DNA of 60,566 nucleotides, the filler included, from Piptocephalis cylindrospora (taxonomy: Eukaryota): the NCBI GenBank assembly GCA_003614145.1. It is 12 parts of 12 records of this genome, joined end to end, with 100 filler letters (N's around TTAATTAATTAA, not from the genome) between each part and the next. Parts side by side here need not be neighbours in the genome. Positions count along the whole stretch, not along the records: positions 10,188 to 15,162 come from KZ988447.1; positions 15,263 to 20,230 come from KZ988448.1; positions 20,331 to 25,292 come from KZ988449.1; 9 more parts are not named here. One strand, 5' to 3'. Below the pieces are notes generated by a model. That model did no database searches. It was not told the DNA's origin and was given only the letters and a program-made list of their open reading frames with translations. Below, piece by piece: positions 11,286 through 22,748 of the stretch. The translations under genes were made by a program, and so were the position numbers. Every line of letters begins with the position of its first letter. The stretch's first letter is position 1.

Positions 11286-13203
11286 TTATTCCTCGAGGAT
11301 GGGGCTCTCCGAAAAGGTCCGCTCCTCCTTGACTTTTCGTCTGGAATTTCGCTCATCCCGTCGTTGCGCATGAGCCTTGGCCCGGATTCTCCTACGGGCA
11401 TTGGCCGACTTGCGCAGCTCCCGACCCTGCGCATCCCGAAGGATGTGCAAGTCCGCCTCTTCGGTCCAGGTCACATCCTCCTTGACCCGGCGTCCAGACT
11501 TGGCCTGCTCGGCCTCCAGTTGAGCCAGACGCCACTTGGCTTGGGCAGGCTCCCTCTTCTGTCCAGGCCGTTTAGGTGCATGGGGAAAGAGGTCACCCCA
11601 CCGGGTTTTGCGCGCATCGTAGTATGGGACCTTGCCCTGGGACTTGGGGATGATGATCCTTTCGAGATGGCCTAAGGGGAGAAAGGTAGGAGGATGAATG
11701 AGCAATCGATCACGGGGTCTCCTCTCCTCCCTTGAGGAATGCATGTCCATCCCCCCGGTCTCACTTACCATCTCGCACACAGGTATCCAGCAAGACATGC
11801 CCATCCCGCTTCATGGGAGCGTCGATTACACGGGGCCATGCCCAGGACGCATCCCACAGGGCCTTTCCGCCCTCAAGACCCCCTTGGCCTAGCCGAACCT
11901 CCTCAGCTTTGGGGGGATGGGCGCTGCCGGGTCGAGCCCCACGTCGTAGGATCAAGTAGGAGTACTTTCGATCTTCCCAATTCTTCCTGCTACCCCCCTT
12001 GGCCTGCATCGTAAAGGGCGGTCGTTGAACCCTTTGGGGAAAGTGACACCATTTAGTAGTCCCCGCCATGGGACAGGTTCCCTCATGGGGGCATGGGCCA
12101 AGGATGTGTGCTCCGGTCCTGCTACTCCCATCACCGTCCTTCTCCTCCTCCTCCTTCTCCACCGGGTTCTCCCACCCCAATAGGGTGGAGCGCATTGATT
12201 CGAGGGCACGAAAGCCCTCGGGGGTCCCACGCTCAATCAGGACCAGGACCTCCCCTGTCCGATCCCATAGTTCCCGAAGGGTCTTTACCCGGGTCTGATC
12301 ATCCACAAGATCCCCCAGGACGTACGAGGCCACAACCAGATCATAGGATTCGGGCTGAGAAGAGTAGGAGAGGAAGCGGTGGAAGGTGGTCTTGGGTCCG
12401 TCGGGCATGGAATCCTGGAAGCCCCGGTGGATGTTCTGGGCCATGGTGAGCATGGGCTCGGACACATCCACCCCCCGCACCTCCTCTACCCCCCCATCCG
12501 ACCATACATTCTCCACGGCCCAAGTCGCCGTCCCAGGCCCACACCCAAAGTCCAGTACACGACGGGGAGCCCAGGGCTCCGGGCCATCCATCCTTCCTCG
12601 TACTTCGGAGAGTACATTGTGCACGGCCGCATAGGCCCCGGGGGAATAGGCGGATGCGTATGCCAGGGCCTCCCTCTCTCCCCACACCACCTGGTATCTA
12701 TCCGTGTTTTCCCCTCGAGTGTCCCGGGACACGGTCTCCTCTTCCGTGCCCTCAGGATCGCTGGATACGGCCGGGGCCGGAGAGTCAAAAGCGGCGATGA
12801 CATTGGAGGGCTTTTGAATGCCTGGTCGGTCATTGCCGCGGTAAGCCTTGGTGGACTGTGGCTGGATGGCCACGCCCGCCGTGGTCGAAAGGACCTCGGC
12901 CATCCGCTTCACCTCATCCCGCACTGTTTTCACCGTGGTGGGTCCTTGCAAGGCAGCGGTGATGGCCTGAACCAGGGGTTCCGGAAGCTCCACAGCCCCA
13001 GTCCGCTTCTTCCCCATCCTAGCGGCCTCGGAGCCTCTAGGCCCCGGAAATTCCTCCTCAGACACGGTCCCCTGGATCGTGCTATCATCCTTTGAAGGAG
13101 TGTCTGTGTTGGCTAGATCAGCCGATCGTGCTGAAGTGGCGAAGCCCCGAGGCAGGGTAGCAGGGAGGCCAGCGTGACCTAGACGTGCCCATTGACGTAG
13201 CAT
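11286..13203 (-). CDS. RSM22: Mitochondrial small-subunit assembly methyltransferase-like Rsm22/METTL17
   Basis: Presequence-like start, SAM motif VLDFGCGPGT, LVLIERGTPEGF, PCPHEGTCPM...WCHFPQR...LLDTC; intron 11768-11672 joins to ERIIIPKSQGKVPYYDARKTRWGDLFP. Confidence 0.93.
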
Positions 13204-14511
13204 AGTGCCCTTGTGCTGTTGTTATTGTTGTTGTTAGATCAAGAGGTAAAGAGACTAGAAAGGCATAGACGTGAGTTCATTCATTGCCATGATCACAAGC
13301 CCTAGTCTTTGGATCTCTGGGCGGAAGCGCGCTTCACGACAGTTTGAATTTCGGGGAAAAAAGAAAAAATGGGACAGTGTGTGACATGGAAAGATAATCG
13401 GATCTGGCTAATGTGTGAAAATATCTCATTTCTGTCGAATTCTCATTCAGACTGCTCTTTTCCTCATGGGCTTAGTGTCTCGAAAGAGACAATGTGTTTG
13501 TTTAGAAAGGGTAAAGTTCAGAGCCACTAGATTGACGTAGACAAGGAGAGCTGCTCAGTCGTATCAGGTCTAGTTCAACTCTCCATTCTAGGCAGGTCAT
13601 AAGGAAAAGGGATCCTGATACGGATGTCCTTAGAGGGGAAAGAAGGACGTGTGTCGATGCTGACCCAGCGTACCTTCATGGAGTACATGTTCATTCGTGG
13701 TTGTAGACTGGCGGCTGCGTCATCACCTCCATCAGGCCGAGATAATGGGATGAATGTTCCTCCCAACTAGGATCCTCCTTTTCACGTCTCTTGTCTCACC
13801 AACAACTCCATTTCCGTCCAGGGAGCCGAAGAAGACGGGATACATCCATACACTCACTAGTACATGTGTGTTATCGTTACAGGAAAGAAATAGGATCTTC
13901 TTTTGGCCCCAACACCAATGGTATTTATCCTCCCTCCTCTGCCCTGGATACAGGTGCTCCCACACCGCTCTCTCTCTCTCTCTCTCTCGTTCACCCGTCC
14001 CTTATTACACATACCCTTACTTAAGACACGCCTTTATATCGGTCTGTCTCTCTCTCTCTCTCCGACACCACCAGTCATGCACACGTTCGTTCCTTACACC
14101 CATGGACAATGTGACCTTGCCTTCGTGACGCCACGTCCGAAGGAGGAGGCCCTCTACACACACATCTCCCACGATCCCCACGTCCTCTAGCGCGGCCGTA
14201 TCCTATCTTGACTTGGAGGAATGGGAAAGGGGATTGAGAGGAATTGGGAGGGGAGAGGCGATCCTATCTTGTTGGGCTGGGCTCTTACTCATGAGAGGGA
14301 GACCCATCTTATCAAGGCAACGTCGACGAGAGAATGCATAAATACCCTCTGTCCCCTCCACGTTCTTTCATAGGGGCAGGGATGGACCCAGCCCCACGTA
14401 CCATATCCTTCCTTCTACTCCTTATCTCTCCTATCTTCTCTCTTCTGTCCTCTTCCCTCCCCTCCCTCCTTTCTCCAGGCATAACCAGCACCGTCACTCC
14501 TCACCTTGAAC

Positions 14512-15162
14512 ATGTCCTCGGCAAAAACATGGACCACCGAACAGGTCAATGCCCTTCTCAAGGACTCCCCGTGGGTTAAAGTGGCAGGTATCGATATGGA
14601 CGGCATACTGCGGGGCAAAGTCATGTCCCGAGAAAAATTCCTTGCCAGCACCTCCTCGGGCTTTGGCTATTGCAGCGTCATTTTCGGTTGGGATATGCAC
14701 GACAAGTGCTACACCACTCCAACCGACTTTTCCTCAGAGGCCAATGGAAATGCCGATGTCTGGGCCAAGGTTGATCTCAACTCTTATCGACCCCTGCCAT
14801 GGGAGAACAACATGCCTCTCTTCCTCTGCACCTTCCACGATCCTCGTCTCCCCGACCATCCCTCCCTGTCCATGTGTCCTCGTTCCCTCCTGGCCAAAGT
14901 CTGTGATCGGGGAGAACGTGACTTGGGGGCCATCGCCTATGCCGGGGTCGAGTATGAATTCTTTAACTATCAAGGTAAGGTGCTTTGATGAACAATGGAG
15001 CTTGCACCCCATCCCGTCCCATCCCTATTCACTCTTCTTCTACCCCTTCCGTCTGGATAGAAACCCCAAAATCACTGGAGGAAAAGGCAGGGAGAAACCT
15101 CACTCCAGCCACCCCGGGCATGTTTGGTTACTCCCTCCTCAGACCCACCCTGTACCAGGATT
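14512..15162 (+). CDS. Glutamine synthetase type I-like / gamma-glutamyl ligase, 3'-partial
   Basis: VKVAGIDMDGILRGKVMS, FGYCSVIFGWDMHDKCY, PLPWE, CPRSLL, GVEYEFFNY; intron 14975-15060, then ETPKSL...TPGMFGYSLLRP. Confidence 0.88.
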
Positions 15163-15263
15163 NNNNNNNNNNNNNNNNNNNNNNNNNNNNNNNNNNNNNN
15201 NNNNNNTTAATTAATTAANNNNNNNNNNNNNNNNNNNNNNNNNNNNNNNNNNNNNNNNNNNNA

Positions 15264-17087
15264 GAGGCCTACATGGATGGGGCTAGGGGGCTGGAGGAAA
15301 GTGGGACTTTCTACTGCCTCTGGTTCCTTCGTGCAGCCATCCAGAATGATCCAAAGGCCCTCACCTACTATGGAGTTGTCTGTGGGTGGGGAGATAGTTC
15401 GAGGTCCTCGAGCGCTCTGTGGTTCAGGTGTTTGAGTAGAGCAGACTCACTTGGTTTCCTCCCAGCCAAGGCCAAGTACGCTTACAGACTTTGGGTAGGA
15501 GATGGGTGTAAGCTGGATCAAGAAAAGGCCGAGGAGCTTTTCCAAGCCGCTGTCGATGCTGGATCCATCCTTGGTTCCTACGGTCTGATGATTGTTAATC
15601 GTCACAACAATAACCGGGAAAAGCTCATGAGCTATGGAGAGACCTGTTTAGATGTAGGCTACTTTCGATGCTACAATGATTTGATCACCTCACTCCTCCG
15701 TTATGACACGAGCGATGAGGAGGAGCGCCAATCCGACTATGCCAAGGCCTACCGCTACTGTATGGCCCTGAAGGACCATCCCGACCTCCATCATTTATCC
15801 AAAAAGACCGAGTGGGCCATGAACTCTCTATACAAGGAAATAGAGTGCCTGAGTCTCCATGCCTCCCTGCGTTACCATCTTGGTTGCATGTATTACTGGG
15901 GACTTGGGATACCTCAGGATCGATGTGAGGCTGTAAAGCAGTGGGAAATGATAAAGATGGGAGAGGACCAACGAATCCAAGAATCCCTAGCCTACTGCTA
16001 CATTACCGGGGAAGGCAAGGAACAAGACGTGCAACGGGGAATGGACCTTATGCGTAAGAGCAAAGGTCTCACCGATCAGGGAAGTATCGCACTGGCCTTC
16101 ATCTATAGCCACACTGTCCACTCGGAGAGTGATAGGGCTGAAGTGTTAGAGAAATCTAACTTTTCCCGGAAACGCGACTACGGAAGGGCTGGATTCCTGG
16201 AAGGACGCCTGTACGAAGAAGGCCTGGGGACGGACCAAAGCTGGGTGCAGGCTGCGGAAATTTATGAGGGGCTTGAGAAGAGGAACGACATGTGTCGAGT
16301 GGCTCTAGCACGTCTTCGTCTTGTAGGATACGGATGCAAGAAGGATGTAGATTGGGCCGTCCAGGTATTCCAGGATTGCTCGGCCCCAGGAGTTGCCAGT
16401 GGTCGACAAACGCTGGCCACTATGTTCTGGTACAAGTGGTGGTGCGACGATATGATGGGAAACCTCGAGGCCCAAGTATCCCTTGGAAGATGCATGATCA
16501 AGGGTGAGGGAATAGAGAAGGATGTAGAGGCGGGACTGGAGCTGTGGAGAGGGGCTTCAGCGCGGGGCTCAGGTGAGGCCCATCTCTGCTTGTACGAAGC
16601 ATACTCCCAGGGTAAATGGGTTGCAATGGACCTCGCCAAGGCCAAGGAGCACCTTGAGGGAGCAGCAAATCTGGAGGAGCCGACGGGGATGTGTCTGTAT
16701 GCGGAGGAACTGCTGGATCGGGGCCGAAGTGAAGATCTAACCAAGGCTATCGATCTACTCGAAAAGTCACTACAGTACAATTGTCGCCGAGCTCGACGAA
16801 TTTACGTACGTGCTTTAATAAAGCGTGGCCAAGAGGGCGATAAGGAAAAGGTACTTACCTTATTGCGAGAGTGGGTGGAGTTGCAGGATGGCGAGGCCAT
16901 GTATCAACTGGCGCGTCATGTGGACAACCCCAAGGAGGCACTTGGCCTCCTTCATCGAGCTTTGGGTATGGGGGTGGACAAGGCACTTCCTAAACTTGCC
17001 GAAGCTTATGAGAAGGGTCTTGGAACTGAAGTGAATCAGGAGCAGGGCAGGATTTATCGTGTGCGCTGGTCTCATCTAAGTCGTTGA
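15264..17087 (+). CDS. Sel1-like repeat protein, 5'-partial, intronless
   Basis: Repeated SLR units: YHLGCMYYWGLGIPQDRCEA, LAYCYITGEGKEQDVQRG, EGRLYEEGLGTDQSWVQA, LGRCMIKGEGIEKDVEAG, LAEAYEKGLGTEVNQEQG; the frame is open from the contig start. Confidence 0.9.
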   Translation, partial: EAYMDGARGLEESGTFYCLWFLRAAIQNDPKALTYYGVVCGWGDSSRSSSALWFRCLSRADSLGFLPAKAKYAYRLWVGDGCKLDQEKAEELFQAAVDAGSILGSYGLMIVNRHNNNREKLMSYGETCLDVGYFRCYNDLITSLLRYDTSDEEERQSDYAKAYRYCMALKDHPDLHHLSKKTEWAMNSLYKEIECLSLHASLRYHLGCMYYWGLGIPQDRCEAVKQWEMIKMGEDQRIQESLAYCYITGEGKEQDVQRGMDLMRKSKGLTDQGSIALAFIYSHTVHSESDRAEVLEKSNFSRKRDYGRAGFLEGRLYEEGLGTDQSWVQAAEIYEGLEKRNDMCRVALARLRLVGYGCKKDVDWAVQVFQDCSAPGVASGRQTLATMFWYKWWCDDMMGNLEAQVSLGRCMIKGEGIEKDVEAGLELWRGASARGSGEAHLCLYEAYSQGKWVAMDLAKAKEHLEGAANLEEPTGMCLYAEELLDRGRSEDLTKAIDLLEKSLQYNCRRARRIYVRALIKRGQEGDKEKVLTLLREWVELQDGEAMYQLARHVDNPKEALGLLHRALGMGVDKALPKLAEAYEKGLGTEVNQEQGRIYRVRWSHLSR

Positions 17088-17983
17088 TGTAATCATATGT
17101 CGGTTACGGGTGGGCAGTGTTTAGAACGATTGGGGTCTCTACATAAGCTATAAGCAATAGATGCTTGACCATTTCTTTTGTGAGATAGCAATAGCACCTA
17201 ATATTGTAAATGAAATATAGACCAGGGCTATTACGCTATCATTGATCGTTTAAAAGTTTCAAGATGTATTCACACTAGAGATGATGATGAAACCATTTTA
17301 TTCTCCTTAGTGGGGTAGGCGGATGGACATCCGAAGACCTGTATTCATCATACAGACACTCCTCCACCCTCATATTTAATGAATCGCGAAAGTGACCCAA
17401 TGTTTATATCATCGTGAACCTTTTTCTTTAATGTCCTTAGAAAAAGTTGTTTTCGATGAAATAAAGCACACCAGAAGCGCAAGAGTTACATGGTTAAGAA
17501 GAATTAAAAATATTGTAAATTGATCCATAACTAATTGCAGGACTTAAACAACTACAAGATATTGATGGTGATCGATGAGATTTGCAAGATCCTGCATCGA
17601 AAGTGCGCTAGTGTAGTCTATATCATAATTCCTTGCTTTCTGCAATAGGTTATTGATCAAGTTAGGATCACTTTACTTCTTCTTGATTGTATGATTCATG
17701 CGCGTCTAGTGTATTTTATTTCATTAAGAATGGTTCCCCAGAAGAAGAATGATGAAGAAAAGGGTCTATGGCGGTATAAATATCAGCTCACTTTCACGAT
17801 ACACTGTATAGCATCTCACTATCATTCAAACCGTATGCACTACATTACTCTCTGGTCGCCTGTTACCAGATCACCTTTTCTCTCACTCGAGCGTGTGGAT
17901 CCTTCCGATCTGGTCCCAGCACCATCGCTTGTCTCTTCTCTCATTCTTTTTTGCTCCCATCCATTGCTCGGCGGTACACGATT

Positions 17984-18544
17984 ATGGCCTCATTCAACTT
18001 TTGTCGTAACTGGTAAGGATTGGCTAGGATCTCATCAACGACCCAATGGGCCCTTTTAGCCTTGCTGATCCTTGTCTTCTTCTTTAGCAACAACCTCTTG
18101 TACCCTGAGGAGGATACAGTGGCTCGGAAGCTCTTTTACGGCTGCAGAAACTGCCCCTACAGGGAGACTGCGGCCTCCCCATGCGTGTATAAGCACGAGG
18201 TGAAGCAAACACCCAAGTAAGAGGGCTCAGGGCCGTTGAGAGTATATATTTCCTCTGACTGACCCTCTTCATCCATTGCTCTCATGAAGCGAGGAAACCA
18301 TGACCGTTGTGGACCTGAGTTCCGATCCGACTTTGGTAAGCTACTACATGTCATCTATGCTTTGTTACTATTCCATTTTAATCACCCATCATTATCCCCA
18401 TAGCCTCGAACAACTACAGCATGTCCAAAGTGTGGAGGGAGTGAGGCCGTTTACTTTCAATCTCGGTCTCGAAGGGCCGATACCCAGATGACCCTTTATT
18501 ATGTGTGTGCTCGACCTGGTTGTTCCTGGAGGTGGACTTCTTAG
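17984..18544 (+). CDS. RPB9: RNA polymerase II subunit Rpb9
   Basis: Exons 17984-18012, 18088-18216, 18290-18335, 18404-18544 give [14 protein letters not shown]...CRNC...DPTLPR...[14 protein letters not shown]...MTLYYVC (two zinc ribbons). Confidence 0.95.
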
Positions 18545-18705
18545 GGTGAGAGCGTGGAATTCGATGAGGATAAGAATGAGCAAATAGACGAGGCTATTGT
18601 TGTATTCAAGTCTCTTTTCCGTTATATGGGCCATGAAGGTCATGAAGAGCCTACGTTCTCCTTCATCCCATTAATGGTCAAGAGGACGCTAGGTGGGAGG
18701 AACCT

Positions 18706-19749
18706 CTACTTTTTCTTCTTCTTTTCCTCCACTAGCTCAATCATCTTCTCAGGCACCTATAGTATTGATAGAGAGGGGAGGCGGAGAGATGAGGTGGGAA
18801 AGCATATACAATCGCTGCGCTATCCCCCAACACCACGTTTACATACATTTTTCCAGGTGGAGGTGATGAGCTGGAGCAACTCATCACTCACATCCCCCTG
18901 AACGACAATGTCGTCAATACCCTGAGGATTTTTGGAGACGGATGATCCACAGGCAAATCGATTAGCAAACAACTTTGCCGCCTTCTTCAGCTCGACGTCT
19001 AGTAGGAGGGAGGCGATTTAGGGGGAGGGATGGAAGGTTCATCCTATTTCACTCCTTCCCATTCATTGTCCCTCTCCTTACCATAAGTCTGGAGATTACA
19101 CACGGTTGTGACGCACTTGCGTCGGTTCCGTTCGGATCTCTTGATATACACGCGCATATCCTGGAGAAGATGGATCCATGAGTATATGTTTGATTCATCG
19201 ATTTATATCGTAAGCGTACTGCTTACCTGTTCTTTTTTTCCCTTTTTACCTCCTCCTCCTTTGCCTGGAAGGGGAGGGGGGGGTGAGAAAATATCCATTA
19301 GGACATGCACACATAGGGTTATTCAAGGCCGCTTACCCTTCAATTTAGCCTCATCAGCAGCCAGGGCCGCCGGATCCTCCTCCTTGGCCTCCTCCACTAT
19401 CAGGTATAACGTGGGTTCATTAATGAAAAGGAATGATCCTACCCTCCTTGACCCCACTTACAAGCTCCATAATAACGTTCGTAGAGACCAGGATGGTTTT
19501 CCCGGCAATTCTTCTTGCATAGCTCGGCTGAAGGACCAAATTCACAATACTAGTGGAGGAAAGATAGATGAGTGAATGCACCTGGGCTGCGGTGATAGCT
19601 ATGAGAAAGTAGGCTCACCTCGTATGGAAGGGTGCAGACTGGATGGGCAAAAGAGGCTTGTCAGTACAGGAGACGCATGCATCTATTCACTCCTTTAGAC
19701 CCTTACCTTCACAGTAAGCAATGGTCGAAGGGGAGGTCTGGGAAGCCAT
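18706..19749 (-). CDS. TMA22: Translation machinery-associated protein 22 / DENR (SUI1 domain), multi-exon
   Basis: Spliced N-terminus AYCEVCTLPYEYCEFG (includes a 20-nt microexon 19638-19619); SUI1 part RNRRKCVTTV...VELKKAAKLFANRFACGSSVSKNPQGIDDIVVQGDV; ends EEKKKKK*. Confidence 0.9.
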
Positions 19750-21120
19750 GGCTGAGGAGAGTGCGTTGGGAATGGGATGGGAGAGGATGAGGAGGGAAGA
19801 TCCACCAGAGATTGCACCGATCCTCGCCATCATTATCATCACTCTATTGTACGCGTTCTTTTCCATCCTGTGCCATCAGATCACTACCAAATTTTACTTT
19901 TAAAAGACGCGTTAGATTTGGCACTATTTTGATCACTGTCTTGCACCATCCCCATCTGCCTTTCTACCCAGCCGCACCATGTTATAAGCTTAAGGCTCTT
20001 GCCTTCCCCCCCCCCCCCCCCCGCCCCCCCTTGGGGGGGAGTCTCCCCAAAAAAAAAAAAATCATCCAAAAAATCATTCAAATTTTTTTTTATTACATTT
20101 GTTTTTGGGGGAGGGGGGGAGAAGAAGGCCGAGACGCTCAAGGGGGCTCTCCACCAGGGCTCCCTCTTGCCCCCCCCTCTCCTCTCCCTCGCACCTGCTC
20201 CCTCACGCCAACTTCCTTTCCACCATCCTTNNNNNNNNNNNNNNNNNNNNNNNNNNNNNNNNNNNNNNNNNNNNTTAATTAATTAANNNNNNNNNNNNNN
20301 NNNNNNNNNNNNNNNNNNNNNNNNNNNNNNCAAAGAGGCCTTCCATCCCGGTATCAAAGATGGCGCCATCATAATCATTATCATCATCAAGGATTTGGTC
20401 GGGAATCTTCCATCCGGTTCTACCTCCAAAAATCCAATTTTTGCTATGGATTTTTCATCAAGGTACCCTATGGACGATTAAGTCCCTTTCCTTCCGTGGT
20501 ACCTCTCCTATGTGCCCAAGATGTGGTGAAGAAGAGGAAATCGTAAGGCATTAATTTCTTGAATGCCCAACTTCCCAGACTCTTTGGTCCTATGTGTACC
20601 ATCAGTTGATGGAAGGACAAAGAGGTGATGGATGGGAGGATGTGATCCTCTCACTCTATGATCATCCAGGATCACTAAGTTTTGAACCTAATCTCCTGGT
20701 CATTGGATGCACATTTTGATGTATTTATCGAGATATTCTACGGATTGTGTCAAGTTCATCCGAGGCGACGCTCAGACCTGATTTAAAGTACGAATTACGA
20801 ATGTCGCTTTGGATGCTGATGAGGACCAAAAGGAGGGCGGTCATTGAAAGGGGGACGATGGAGAAATGGGAGGAGAAATGGGGGAGGTTACAGGAGAAAG
20901 TAGGAAGGGTCGGATGATTCATGGAAAAAGTAGCGATATCGTGAGGAAAAGTAAACCCTTTTTAAACCGAATTTGTGAAGACTCAGGAAAAAGAGAAGAG
21001 CGTAATTTTCCCAATACGTTTCGCTGTTTACTACATCTCTCTCCCTTACTACCATTCTCTTTCTCTTCTCCTCAACTTTGCCCTCGCAAAACACCCGACC
21101 TGACTCCAGATCAATTACCC

Positions 21121-22559
21121 ATGTCAGCCTGGACTCCCAACTCCTGGAAAGAAAAGCCCATCCGACAGGATGTCACGTACGAAGATCCCACAGCAGTGGA
21201 TCGAGCTGTAAAGAAATTGGAGCATCTGCCTCCTCTCGTGACCCCCGGGGAGATTCGACGGTTGCGCGAACAACTCAAACAGGTATCTCGAGGTGAATCT
21301 TTCCTTCTCCAAGGAGGAGATTGCGCCGAGTTGTTTGACTATTGCTCCCAAGATCCGATTGAAAGTAAGCTCAAGGTGCTGCTGCAGATGAGTTTGGTGC
21401 TGACTTGGGGAGCCCGAACTCCCGTGGTCCGGATTGCCCGGATGGCTGGTCAGTATGCCAAGCCCCGATCTTCCTCCACGGAGAAGTACGGAGACAAGAT
21501 GATCCCTTCCTTCCGTGGGGACAATGTCAATGGATATGACCCGGAGGACCGGAACCCGGATCCTGAACGGTTAGTCTCAGCCTACTTTCACTCGGCAGCC
21601 ACGCTGAATTACGTTCGAGGCCTCCTGAGCTCGGGATTCGCGGACCTTCACCACCCATTCTCTTGGGATCTGCAGCACGTTCGGTCCTCTGCCATCCGGG
21701 AGGAGTACCAGGGCATGGCCAACCGGATTACCGATGCCCTACAGTTCATGTCCACCATTGGGGCAGATCAAACAGGTTCGACGGCCCACCCCATGGCTTC
21801 AGCCCTTAATACTGTGGATCTTTTCATGTCCCATGAGGGACTTCTCTTGGAGTACGAGTCCGCTCTCACACGTAAGGACCAAGACAAGTGGTATAACACG
21901 AGCGGACACTTTCTTTGGATCGGTGACCGGACCCGGGCCCTGAATGAAGCACATGTTGAGTACTTTCGTGGGCTAGAAAATCCCATCGGGGTCAAATGTG
22001 GCCCTTCAATGGATCCCAAGGACTTAGGTCCCCTCTTGGACATTCTGGATCCGAACAAGGAAGATGGAAAGGTCACGCTTATTAGTCGGTACGGCGCAGA
22101 CAAGATCGATGACTACTTGCCCGCCCACATCCAGGCAGTCAAGGCTTCGGGTCACCGTGTGGTCTGGGCCTGTGACCCGATGCATGGCAACACCGAAACT
22201 TCTCAATCCGGCCTCAAAACCCGGCAGTTTGATCGGATTATCACGGAACTTGGCAAGGCCTTCCGAATTCACAAGGACCATGATAGCACGCTCAACGGAG
22301 TCCATTTTGAACTGACAGGAGATCGTGTAACTGGTAAGTTGGAGGGTGTTCCTCTGCATTGATATATACTGTATACTAACCTCTCTTTCTCTACACGGAA
22401 GAATGCGTGGGAGGATCGATGGAATTGGAGGATGATGATCTTCGTACCAACTATCAGACTCATTGTGATCCTCGATTAAACTATGAACAAAGCCTGGACG
22501 TGGCCTATCTGATCTCTGGGTACTATGAGAAGCAACGAAAGGGGTTTCAAGGGTTGTGA
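21121..22559 (+). CDS. Class II DAHP synthase
   Basis: WTPNSWKEKP, LLQGGDCAE, RMAGQYAKPRS, SFRGDNVNG, SHEGLLLEYE, FLWIGDRTR, CDPMHGNT; intron 22334-22401 (TACTAAC branch site), then ECVGG...CDPRLNYEQSL. Confidence 0.96.
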
Positions 22560-22748
22560 TAGAACAGGCTATTATGGGATAGACGAAGGAGGGACAAACA
22601 CCTGGTATTGAATGGACAGGATGAGAAAAAAGCGAATACGCACACTCACTGAGTAGAGAGGGAGAATGAGGGGGTGCTGATCCGGATAAAGGAATACATC
22701 ACGCTCTCAGCGCATGCACACACAGTCCATCTTGGACCGTGAAGGGTG

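Noticed and set aside
20866..21120. 85-aa N-terminal extension of the DAHP synthase ORF
   Set aside because: It is pyrimidine-rich 5'UTR/promoter-like sequence; family similarity starts at the ATG at 21121.
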